Part shown: positions 1 to 8,283 of the stretch, in pieces
Numbering within the stretch: the first letter of the stretch is position 1
Layout of the letters: every line of letters starts with the position of its first letter
DNA from: Histomonas meleagridis 2922-C6/04-290x
Taxonomy: Eukaryota > Protista > Parabasalia
DNA length: 53,796 bases
Assembly (NCBI GenBank): GCA_020184695.1
Contig: JAANOX010000077.1
Coordinates: 1-53,796 of the forward strand
Direction of reading: 5' to 3'
Notes under the pieces: generated by a model
The model's input: only the letters and a program-made list of their open reading frames with translations
Database searches by the model: none
Told to the model about the DNA's origin: nothing
Translations under genes and position numbers: made by a program

Positions 1-549
1 TTTGTTCTGAGGTTCAGAAACTTGGGCTTCGGACGAAAATATAACTTCCTTTTGTTCTTGTTCTTCATTTTGTTCTTCATTCTTTGTTTGTTCAACTGTT
101 GGAATTTCTTCTGAGTCAATATAAATGTCATTCTTTAAACTTCTGTATTTCTTCTTAAGCTTTTTATGCTTACCTGTTAATTTATCTAATCTTGAATTTA
201 ATTCAATTATATGCTCCATTAATAATTGGTCGTTTGATAAATAAACTTTACCGTCGTTGTTGTTTTTAATTACTTTTTGACTTACCGTTGGAGTTTTTGA
301 TTTCTTTGCTATAACTCTAGCGTTACCGTTCTTGAAAAATTTGACGTCAAAGAATTCATTTTCAATTCCTTTTTTAGCATTAGCAATTATAATTTCTTTT
401 TCTTCTTGTGTTAAATCTTTTACCGACCTTTTGGGAGGATCGAGCCTCGGCGAGACTGCTTTCTTTGTTATCTTAACATCGTTTAGAATCTTCTGAAAAA
501 AACAAAAATGTATTAAGAATTTAATTCTTCCTGTTGGCTCTTTTGTACG
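1..549 (-). pseudogene. 5'-truncated element ORF (coiled-coil, acidic C-terminus), runs off the left edge
   Basis: Manual translation gives a stop-free frame from 549 to 1 (...QKILNDVKITKK...NDQLLMEHIIELNSRLDKLTGKHKKLKKKYRSLKNDIYIDSEE...). There is no ATG near the 5' end. From memory it resembles repetitive trichomonad Maverick-associated proteins. Confidence 0.5.
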
Positions 550-946
550 CTATATATTACCGCGTCATAATGGCATAACTAAAAAAAGATTTCAAATAAG
601 TCGTGAATGTTATAAAATTGATGAACGGAAAGGAAACATATACGTTTTAATTGCTCAAGACGGAACGGTAATTACTAAACCAAGATACAAACTAATACCT
701 ATTGGTAAGAATAAACCAAATAATATTAAATGGGCGTCAACTATTCCTGGTAAATGGGTTGGTTCTGTTGAGAAAATTTTATCATTTAATCCTAAAACAA
801 ATAAGTATAAAGTACTTTTTACCGTTCCTGGGCAACGTTCATATCAAGATGAAATTCCTGCTTCATTTCTCCGAGGCAATACTCCTCATAAACAGTCAGA
901 AATTGAAAAAGAATTTTTTGAAAATAAACCTAACAACCTAACCTAA
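497..946 (+). pseudogene. Start-less ORF fragment, probable C-terminal part of a Maverick-type integrase
   Basis: Stop-free frame 497-946 with no ATG: ...LPVGSFVRYILPRHNGITKKRFQISRECYKIDERKGNIYVLIAQDGTVITKPRYKL...NPKTNKYKVLFTVPGQRSYQDEIPASFLRGNTPHKQSEIEKEFF. It resembles (recall) the C-terminal region of trichomonad integrase-core proteins; no DDE core is present here. Confidence 0.45.
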
Positions 947-986
947 CTTAACTTAACCTAACAAAAAAAATTCGAGAAAGCCTTTT
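932..986 (+). repeat. 55-bp inverted repeat, left copy (AACCT/AACTT-rich)
   Basis: AACAACCTAACCTAACTTAACTTAACCTA...TTCGAGAAAGCCTTTT is the reverse complement of 2590-2644 (52/55 identical), with a further copy at ~2836-2890. Confidence 0.9.
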
Positions 987-993
987 ATGAAAT

Positions 994-2271
994 TCAGCAT
1001 TTTGCATAGTATGTGGTTTTCTTCTTGTTTCTAACGGTTGATCTCTTGTTAAAGTGTTCTTTAACGACTTTCAATAATGAAAAGCTTCTTGTTGTTAAAT
1101 TTGTTCCGAAGTAATTATTATACATATCACATAATTCTTTGATATCTAATTCTCCGTCAGGAACTGAAGCAAGAAATGAATCAAAACTTAATTCAATGCT
1201 TTGAATTCTAACTTTTGTTTCTTGTTTTTCTTCTGTATTAATTCCTAATTTCTCCATTAACGTTTGAATATAATCGGAAAATCTACTTTCTAATACTTCC
1301 GGTAAGTCTCTAATTAAAATTTGATTTATATCTCTTACGATTGATTGAGCATAAACTTTTATTGCAGTTGAATTTTCAAATGTTACTGAACTTTTAGCTA
1401 TTGAACCGATGGAGTTTTTCATAAAATTATAAATGGTCATAAAATGATCAGAAATGAATTTTTCAAATGATTTCTTTAAATATTGTTCAATTGTTAAATA
1501 CTCTTCTGTTTCATTAAATTGTATTTTTGCGATTAGAAATTGTAATCTATTAATTAAAGTTTGATTGTGTTCGGTAAACGCTTTAATTACTTTTTGTGAT
1601 GACTTAGTGTCAAATACATTTCGTATAGTATTTTCGTATTTATTCCGACTTATTTCATCAAAAGCATTTTTATACATGTCATAGTATTCATCCAACAATT
1701 CCGTATAATTCTTATTGACACATTCATGAACAAATTCATTAAGATTTCTTATCACATCTTTGTTTGAATGTGGTATAGATAAATATTCAATCAATCTCTT
1801 TCTCTCTTCTTCCTGTTCTTTCTGCAAACATTTTTCTTTCCATTCGCCAAGCTTGAATTTTTGATCATTTATCCAACAATCGCATAAAACAATTTCATCT
1901 TGAAGTTCTTGTTCCATTTCTTTGTAAATGTGATTCTCACGATAATATTTATTTATTAATCTATCTTCAATTATTTCGGGAAGGTTCTTTTGCATATTCT
2001 TTAAATTTTCAATATCTTCTAAATCATCTTTATCTAATTCATATTTTCCGATAATAGCGTCATATTGTTTTAATTTCTTTTCGATTTTATGATCTAAAGT
2101 ATCATATGAATCATCAAAATTTTCATTAACGTAAGTTTCAATTGCTTCTTTGTCGAATAGTTTTAATTTTTCTTCACTGTGTTTAATAACGCTTTCGAAA
2201 TGCTCTATGTTCCATAAAAGAGAATCATAATAATTTGATTGTGGTTTGAAAACCCTCAATCGGACAATCAT
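994..2271 (-). CDS. 425-aa coiled-coil element protein of unknown function, basic C-terminus (possible DNA-binding domain)
   Basis: Intact ATG-to-stop ORF between the inverted repeats; no host-family motif recognised. Confidence 0.7.
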   Translation of the reverse strand: MIVRLRVFKPQSNYYDSLLWNIEHFESVIKHSEEKLKLFDKEAIETYVNENFDDSYDTLDHKIEKKLKQYDAIIGKYELDKDDLEDIENLKNMQKNLPEIIEDRLINKYYRENHIYKEMEQELQDEIVLCDCWINDQKFKLGEWKEKCLQKEQEEERKRLIEYLSIPHSNKDVIRNLNEFVHECVNKNYTELLDEYYDMYKNAFDEISRNKYENTIRNVFDTKSSQKVIKAFTEHNQTLINRLQFLIAKIQFNETEEYLTIEQYLKKSFEKFISDHFMTIYNFMKNSIGSIAKSSVTFENSTAIKVYAQSIVRDINQILIRDLPEVLESRFSDYIQTLMEKLGINTEEKQETKVRIQSIELSFDSFLASVPDGELDIKELCDMYNNYFGTNLTTRSFSLLKVVKEHFNKRSTVRNKKKTTYYAKC

Positions 2272-2518
2272 TAATAGTACATTTCATTAAACTTTTGCCG
2301 TAAACGTAAACGTAATTTTCAAGAGTTGTTGTTGCAGTAAGTGGAACTAACTTATCACACATTTATATACAAATAAAAAAATTAAATTTAAAAAAAACTA
2401 ACTTTATTTTTTCTGAGCAAACAAGCGTTTTCTGAACTACAACATCAAGAAACAGCACTAAATACAACATTCAACATAAAAAAATAAGCCTTTTCCGTCA
2501 ATTAATCATCATCAGCAG

Positions 2519-2888
2519 CAGTAAACATGTAAAATTCACGTCATATCATCAAGTTAGAATTCAACCTCAAAAATATATGGACTTTTACGAAAAGGCTTTC
2601 TCGAATTTTTAATGGTAGGTTAAGTTAAGTTAGGTTAGGTTGTTAAGTAGCAGTAGAAATATTTTAACAACAACACACAACTTTCCACATAGGATTAACA
2701 TCAAAACACAACTTTCGACATAGAATTAACAGCAACTTTTCCGTGAACTTATAGTTAGCAGCTCCAGTAAACATGTAAAATTCACGTCATATCATCAAGT
2801 TAGAATTCAACCTCAAAAATATATGGACTTTTACGAAAAGGCTTTCTCGAATTTTTAATGGTAGGTTAAGTTAAGTTAGGTTAGGTTG
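2519..2888 (+). repeat. Tandem duplication, period 246 bp, with a 124-bp exact core that includes the TTAGG-like inverted-repeat copy
   Basis: 2519-2642 is identical to 2765-2888; the flanks are similar but diverged. Confidence 0.9.
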
Positions 2889-3127
2889 GTAGGTAGTAGT
2901 ATTAAATTTTAACAACAAAACACTAAAATCCACATAGGATTAACAACAACTCAGCCGGATTAATGCCTCACACATTTAAAAAATAAATGTCATCATGAAT
3001 TTAAATATATTTAATTACTTTCAATCAAAACCAACCGATTTATGATAATTCAATCGATTTTAGCCGTTCATCCTTTAGTTTATGTAGCGCGAGTGGGAGC
3101 GAGTGCGTAGCACGAAGCTCACATAGC

Positions 3128-3142
3128 GCTGTGTGTGTGTGT
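3128..3142 (+). mobile_element. Putative element terminus A, GCTGTGTGTGTGTGT
   Basis: Identical 15-mer at 5602-5616. It is preceded by a GC-rich GAGCGAG-type block and interrupts the prim-pol ORF. Confidence 0.6.
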
Positions 3143-4380
3143 ATATAACCAATAACATATTTATTATTATGAATATCAAATGTTTTGATAATAAACATTA
3201 AATTATTACTTTCTACAAATCTAATTACCTTTGATAAATCTTCAATAACGTCTTTATAACATTTATATATATGTCTTTCTGCTTTAGAACTAATATTTGT
3301 AATACTAAAATTATCATTAAGATCAATGTTATGTATTATGTTTTCATCAGTATTATTTTTAATGAATTTCTTATAATAATCTTCATTATAAAGTTTAATT
3401 ATTTCAATTAAAACTCCGTAATGAGTTTGTAAATGCATATATCTCTCTTTAGCATTATAAAAGTTAGATTTAGCATTAGAAGTTAAATTGCAATTATTAT
3501 ATATAAAGTCATATGCTTCATTTATTACTTCATTAGGTAAACTATTAATAGCTTGAAACAGTACATATAATGTAATTTCTTTTGATAAAGGTCTATTATA
3601 TGCATCGTTATGTATTTCAAAACCTTCTAAACCATGTATTAATGTTCTTGCAAATTCAACAGTAATATTATCAGAATCATTATACATTTTAACAATATCT
3701 TTAATTTCTTGACATTGTTCAACAGTAATTTTAATATCTAAATCCTTTAATATATCATTAACAGTTCTGATAATAATACTGTCATAATTACCTCTGATAA
3801 ATTCATATGTTGATACAGGTGATTTGTGATCTTTTCTTACTTTAGATCCGGGCATAACTACTAATGAACGTTTTGTTTCATCAACAGATGAAAATATATC
3901 AATATTATAGTCATTTGATTCATAACACTTAATCATACGGTTATTTGTTGTATAAAATTCATCAGTATTACAATATATATGTAAACCTCCAGGAGCTGTT
4001 TTAACAATAATATCATCATCAGATAATTTACTTAATATATTATTACGTATTTTATTTTTAGTATCGTTATCTAAAGATTTGTTAATATCAATGTCTATAA
4101 CAGATAAGTTCTTTATCATATTGTTTAATAAAGCAATTCCTGTAATAGTATTGCGTCCAGATGATGATTTTTTATCAAATTTATTGTAATTATATAAATT
4201 TACAATATTTTTACCAATACGTTGTTTTAAAGTTAAATTTATATAATTATTTTTGTCGTGCAGCTCATTATCTACAGGGCTATTATCAATCATTTTATCA
4301 AAGAATTTTTCAGTAAGTTTTTCGGTAGTTTCATTATCAACATCTGAGTTTGAAGTTGTCTCTGCCACTTGTTGCTTCAT
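3143..4380 (-). pseudogene. Archaeo-eukaryotic primase/Prim-Pol domain protein (N-terminal part of a D5-like primase-helicase), 3'-truncated
   Basis: AEP motifs SVIDIDI (DxD), KTAPGGLHIY (sxH) and DIDIF...LVVMPGS; ATG at 4380. Native sequence stops at the (CA)n junction and the last ~34 codons of the listed ORF (HTHTALCELRA...) are read-through into foreign DNA. No SF3 helicase motif. Confidence 0.75.
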
Positions 4381-4595
4381 GATATTTATATAATGTAAAA
4401 AAAAATAAAACAATAATTTAAAAACATAACGCTTTTCAAACATATAATTACACAACATATTTCAAACAGGTTGTTGCGAAAATAAGTGATATTGAAAAGC
4501 AATATTTCAAACAACAGCCTTGAAATGTTAAAATAAAGGAAGTGAATATTTTCATATACTTATTTTCAACATATAATTACAAACAGATAATTACA

Positions 4596-4662
4596 AACAA
4601 TACTTATGAAAACAATACTTATGAAAACAATACTTATGAAAACAATACTTATGAAAACAATA
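4596..4662 (+). repeat. 15-bp tandem repeat (AACAATACTTATGAA) x4.5
   Basis: Four exact copies plus a partial copy; related GATAATTACAAAACA units follow. Confidence 0.95.
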
Positions 4663-5117
4663 AGTCTCAAACATGTAATTACAAAACAGATAATTACAAA
4701 ACAGATAATTACAAACAGTATAATTACAAAAAGCCTTATTCTCAAAATAAATATCTCAATAAAAGTAAATTTATATTATTTTTAATGTGTTCTCCTTTGT
4801 TCCTCCTTGTTCCCGGTTCTCAAACTTCAGATGAACTTTAAAAGGCAAAATGGCGAAAGGGCAACATTAACAGATTTATTTTTAAAAATTAACGTCTAAA
4901 GCCTCATTTTTGACGGTATTAGCCTCAAAAAGCCTTATTTTCAATAACATGACCGTAAAAAGTGCTATTTTTGAGTACCTGTATTGAAGAAATCTTATTT
5001 TTAATTAATATTCAACGTATCAAAAGTACAGTAAATTAACCTTGAATTTCATAGATAATTGAATGTTCCCCCTGTACCCGCTTGTTCCCGGGATCAGAAC
5101 ATTACCTTAAGAGTTGG

Positions 5118-5160
5118 GGGCAACGGGCAACTGGGCAACAGATTTGGGCAACAGGGCAAC
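5118..5160 (+). repeat. GGGCAAC x5 iteron-like direct repeats
   Basis: Copies at 5118, 5125, 5133, 5146 and 5154; another GGGCAACATTAACAG at ~4859. Confidence 0.85.
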
Positions 5161-5601
5161 ATTAACAGCGTATTTTCGGCATGTATACACAAACATCCCC
5201 CTAATAATTCATGTATTTTTACAGTATGTTCCTTCCTAGTTCTTATATGAGAATATATAAATATAGAAATTGATTTAATAAGCATAAGGCATTTTGCCGA
5301 TTGCTTATTGCCGATTTGCCTTTTGCCCTCAACTTTTAGATGAATGTTGTTCTCCCCAGAACTTCCGGGAACAGAGAACATCATTTTAAAATATAATTTT
5401 TGAAGTAATATGAATTATCATTATCATGTAAGGATATATATGTTTGAAAATTCAAACTTTTAAAAACCTAATATTTATCATCATCATGTAAGGATATATA
5501 CTTCAAAATTTAATTTTATTCTCGAAGCGAGTGAGAACGAGCTGAGAGCACACACCGAGCGAAGCGAAGTGCGGGCTGAAATTCCGAAGGAATGGAGGCC
5601 T

Positions 5602-5616
5602 GCTGTGTGTGTGTGT
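5602..5616 (+). mobile_element. Putative element terminus B, GCTGTGTGTGTGTGT
   Basis: Identical to 3128-3142. It is preceded by a GC-rich block (5521-5601) and interrupts the minus-strand ORF that starts at 5886. Confidence 0.6.
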
Positions 5617-5886
5617 CAGGATCTTGTAAATTACTAGATGAAATAGCTTTTGATAATTGTACAGTTATTCTAAGTTTAAAATTAATAAAACCTTCAGTTA
5701 TTTGTGAAATCATATGATCACCATGAGTAATTCTTAATCTAGTTTCTTGTGATTGATTAAATGGTGCATTTTGATCATGACAATCTTCAGTTCTTAAAAT
5801 AAAAGAACGAGTACCATCATATTTAGCAATTCAATCTTTAAGACGATCAAAATAAGCTCCAACATTACCTTGATCATTTTGTTCAT
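5617..5886 (-). pseudogene. N-terminal remnant of an element protein (possible Maverick major capsid protein)
   Basis: Reconstructed M-(fs)-TNDQGNVGAYFDRLKD*IAKYDGTRSFILRTEDCHDQNAPFNQSQETRLRITHGDHMISQITEGFINFKLRITVQLSKAISSSNLQDP. It has a 1-nt frameshift after the ATG, one in-frame TGA and is cut at the (CA)n end. The capsid assignment is from recall only. Confidence 0.4.
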
Positions 5887-5948
5887 TTTTAGATTGCGTA
5901 TTATTATAATACATTAATAAAAATGAAAAATATTTTTCATAATTTTTT

Positions 5949-6233
5949 ATGGCGTGGGGGTTGTGGAATAAATTTAAAAACGGTATAAAGAAAATAGGAC
6001 CTTTACTTAAAAAAGTTAAAGAAGGCTTCGCAAAAATTAGTCCTCATATTGCGAAAGGTTATGAATTTGCAAAACAACATAAAGAAGATATTAAAAAGAT
6101 AGGACCTTTAAAGAAATTACCTGTAGATAAAATATTTGAAGTAGGTGATAGAATAGCTCCTATATTTAAATCAGTGAGTATGGAAGCAAATGATAAGATC
6201 TTCTCTAATTTACATCCTGCTTTTTATAAATAA
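5949..6233 (+). CDS. 94-aa cationic amphipathic-helix protein (pVI/cupiennin-like membrane-active candidate), paralog 1
   Basis: MAWGLWNKFKNGIKKIGPLLKKVKEGFAKI...; intact; TCAT initiator-like motif just upstream. Confidence 0.75.
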   Translation: MAWGLWNKFKNGIKKIGPLLKKVKEGFAKISPHIAKGYEFAKQHKEDIKKIGPLKKLPVDKIFEVGDRIAPIFKSVSMEANDKIFSNLHPAFYK

Positions 6234-6263
6234 AGAAATAATTAATTATTTTTATTATTATTT

Positions 6264-6533
6264 ATGGCGTGGGGTTTTTGGAACAAAATTAAAAACGGAT
6301 TTAAAAAAGCTGGTGCTTGGATCAGAGATAAAATTATTAAACCAGTTGGTAGATTTATTGGTAATGTTCGGAATAAAGTAGCTAAACCTGTTGTAAATAC
6401 AGTAAGTAAAATACCTGGAATTGAAAATTTACCTGGTCATGCAGGTGCTATTGCAAAAGGAATTAAAATAGCAGATAAATTCTCACCTGTTATAGATGGT
6501 GTAGCAAATGCACTAGTTGGACAAAAGAAATAA
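6264..6533 (+). CDS. 89-aa cationic amphipathic-helix protein, paralog 2
   Basis: MAWGFWNKIKNGFKKAGAWIRDKIIKPVGRFIG...; shares its N-terminus with paralog 1; intact. Confidence 0.75.
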   Translation: MAWGFWNKIKNGFKKAGAWIRDKIIKPVGRFIGNVRNKVAKPVVNTVSKIPGIENLPGHAGAIAKGIKIADKFSPVIDGVANALVGQKK

Positions 6534-6561
6534 TAAAATATTATTTATATATATATTGTTT

Positions 6562-6650
6562 TGAATTTTTGAAACTAAACTATGCCAAATCCCAGGCGTC
6601 CTTTAAGGACGCCTGCGTCCCATTTGTCATAGTTTAGTTTCAAAAATTCA
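6562..6650. repeat. 89-nt imperfect palindrome/hairpin
   Basis: 23-bp perfect outer stem TGAATTTTTGAAACTAAACTATG/CATAGTTTAGTTTCAAAAATTCA and an inner GC stem CAGGCGTCCT/AGGACGCCTG. Confidence 0.9.
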
Positions 6651-6684
6651 TTGTAATTTAATAAAATTTAAATCATTTTTATTT

Positions 6685-6891
6685 ATGTCTAATTATAAAC
6701 CTGAGGTTATAGAAACCTATTATAACAAAAATAGGTTAGATATTCCTGAAATTAAAAATTTAAAAGATATAGAAAAACAGAGAAGGGTATCATTTACGAA
6801 TGCAATTATATTTGAGAAACCAATACCATTTTCAGCTTTAAGACAAAATAGTGAAATATATGTTATACCTTATGAAAAAGAAAATAAATAA
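6685..6891 (+). CDS. 68-aa hypothetical element protein
   Basis: ATG-initiated small ORF with protein-like composition; no motif recognised. Confidence 0.35.
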   Translation: MSNYKPEVIETYYNKNRLDIPEIKNLKDIEKQRRVSFTNAIIFEKPIPFSALRQNSEIYVIPYEKENK

Positions 6892-7081
6892 AATAAACAT
6901 TATTTATTTGTTTATTTAATTCTTTAACATTTTGTTCTACTGACCATAATGAAGAAAAAACATTAGTAACATAAATTGTCTTTTTCGTATTGCTTTGAGC
7001 ATTGTCAACAGGTGAAGTGTTAAAATTATTGAAATAATCATCATAGAAATCAAATGTAAAAAGAAATTCATCCTCAGACAT
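6863..7081 (-). CDS. 72-aa hypothetical element protein
   Basis: ATG-initiated, directly downstream of and co-oriented with the 161-aa ORF; no motif. Confidence 0.3.
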   Translation of the reverse strand: MSEDEFLFTFDFYDDYFNNFNTSPVDNAQSNTKKTIYVTNVFSSLWSVEQNVKELNKQINNVYFIYFLFHKV

Positions 7082-7097
7082 TAAAAAAATGAAGTGA

Positions 7098-7583
7098 TTA
7101 TTGTTTTTTTATTCTAACTAGAGCTTTAAAACTATCGGGATCGATAGATTTCATATCAAATACTGATTTGAATTCATGATTATCAGGTATTTTATGTGAT
7201 ATAAGTATATTATTAACTTCATCGTTCTTTGATTCATGCAGATATGCTTGATACCATCTTCCGAAATTACTTTCTAGATGGATTAAATGAATCTCAAAAT
7301 AATGAATATTATTAGTAGGTGGTGGTTTTTTGTTATCAGTTATTGGTATTGATACTTTGATAATTTTTTGATTGAAGAATTCGATCAACTCTCTATGAAC
7401 AAAATAAAAATCTTGAAAATTTTTATGTTTGATAATCATCCCAATTGGTTTTATTATAAAATTATTGAAATTTCCTAATTTATCATCTTTTGGTTCAAAA
7501 AATAAAGCTACTGCTGTAGCATCTGGGTCTTTTTCTTTGAGAAAATCAGCAATTTTTGTAACTGAATAGAACTCTGTATTCAT
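7098..7583 (-). CDS. 161-aa hypothetical element protein
   Basis: Intact ORF with globular-looking composition; no family recognised. Confidence 0.6.
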   Translation of the reverse strand: MNTEFYSVTKIADFLKEKDPDATAVALFFEPKDDKLGNFNNFIIKPIGMIIKHKNFQDFYFVHRELIEFFNQKIIKVSIPITDNKKPPPTNNIHYFEIHLIHLESNFGRWYQAYLHESKNDEVNNILISHKIPDNHEFKSVFDMKSIDPDSFKALVRIKKQ

Positions 7584-8040
7584 AGAAAGTGAAGTGATGA
7601 GGTGACATTCTTAAAATTGTGTATACTGACCATTGGTGTATTGAAATAAGTTTGCCATGCGACCAAACAATAACCGTCGCTTTTTGACTACTAACCTCCG
7701 ACCAAAGATAAATTGAATAGGATATTTGTCCGACCAAACATAACCGGGGACAATTCGTGTTGGTTATACGAGGTTTTTGATAGGTTTATGTGAAAAGTGG
7801 CATGAAAAGTGCTATCGTTCCTCTCAAAAAGTTTCGCGTTCTCTCAAAATTGAATGCTCATTCAAATTTTCAGATGAATTGTATGGCTCACAAAAATCAT
7901 TTTGATTTTTGTAGCGAGCGGAGCGAGCCAATCTAGGGGGCTGAGGGCTCAGGAGGGCTCAGAAGCATCCGGGGGACTCGAAGGGGAGAAGGGGACCCAG
8001 GATGCTGAAAAGCCCGGATGCCCCCTCGGTTAAATGAAAA

Positions 8041-8123
8041 GGTCGGGACTGATCACGAGGACCCCAAAAGGGTCCCGGCCCCCGGCCGGGTCCCTTTTGG
8101 GGTCCTCGTGATCAGTCCCGACC
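8041..8123. repeat. 83-nt GC-rich near-perfect palindrome at the element/host boundary
   Basis: 32-bp perfect arm GGTCGGGACTGATCACGAGGACCCCAAAAGGG, then a T/T mismatch, then a 7-bp CCCGGCC/GGCCGGG stem with a CCC loop. Confidence 0.95.
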
Positions 8124-8283
8124 GCATTATATACCTACCTTCATGCAAAAAAATTCATACAAATTAATCAGAGTTAAATTTCAGCTAAATCTATACATTA
8201 AAAGGGAAAACAGATTCAAGTCTTTAGGAATTTGATTGGTATACTTCCAAGATGTGCAACTCCACCATGTTTTAATTTTAATC

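Larger units (their letters stand above)
1..8123. mobile_element. Decayed, nested Maverick/Polinton-like (endogenous virus-like) region
   Basis: AEP primase-polymerase ORF, integrase-like and capsid-like fragments, pVI-like ORFs, two identical (TG)n ends cutting genes, GC-rich hairpins and iteron-like repeats. Ordinary host genes start only at 8284. The left boundary lies outside the window. Confidence 0.7.

Noticed and set aside
932-2890. True telomere or telomere addition site
   Set aside because: Only a few degenerate TTAGG/TTAAG units, internal and embedded in a larger dispersed repeat.
4542-5384. ORFs 4542-4841, 5059-5250 and 5094-5384 as genes
   Set aside because: They are translations of tandem and iteron-like repeats with GTG/TTG or weak starts, better explained as non-coding subterminal DNA.
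8041-8123. Helitron 3' hairpin or bacterial rho-independent terminator
   Set aside because: The stem is far longer than the usual 16-20-nt Helitron hairpin, there is no CTRR end or Rep/helicase, and no U-tract follows.
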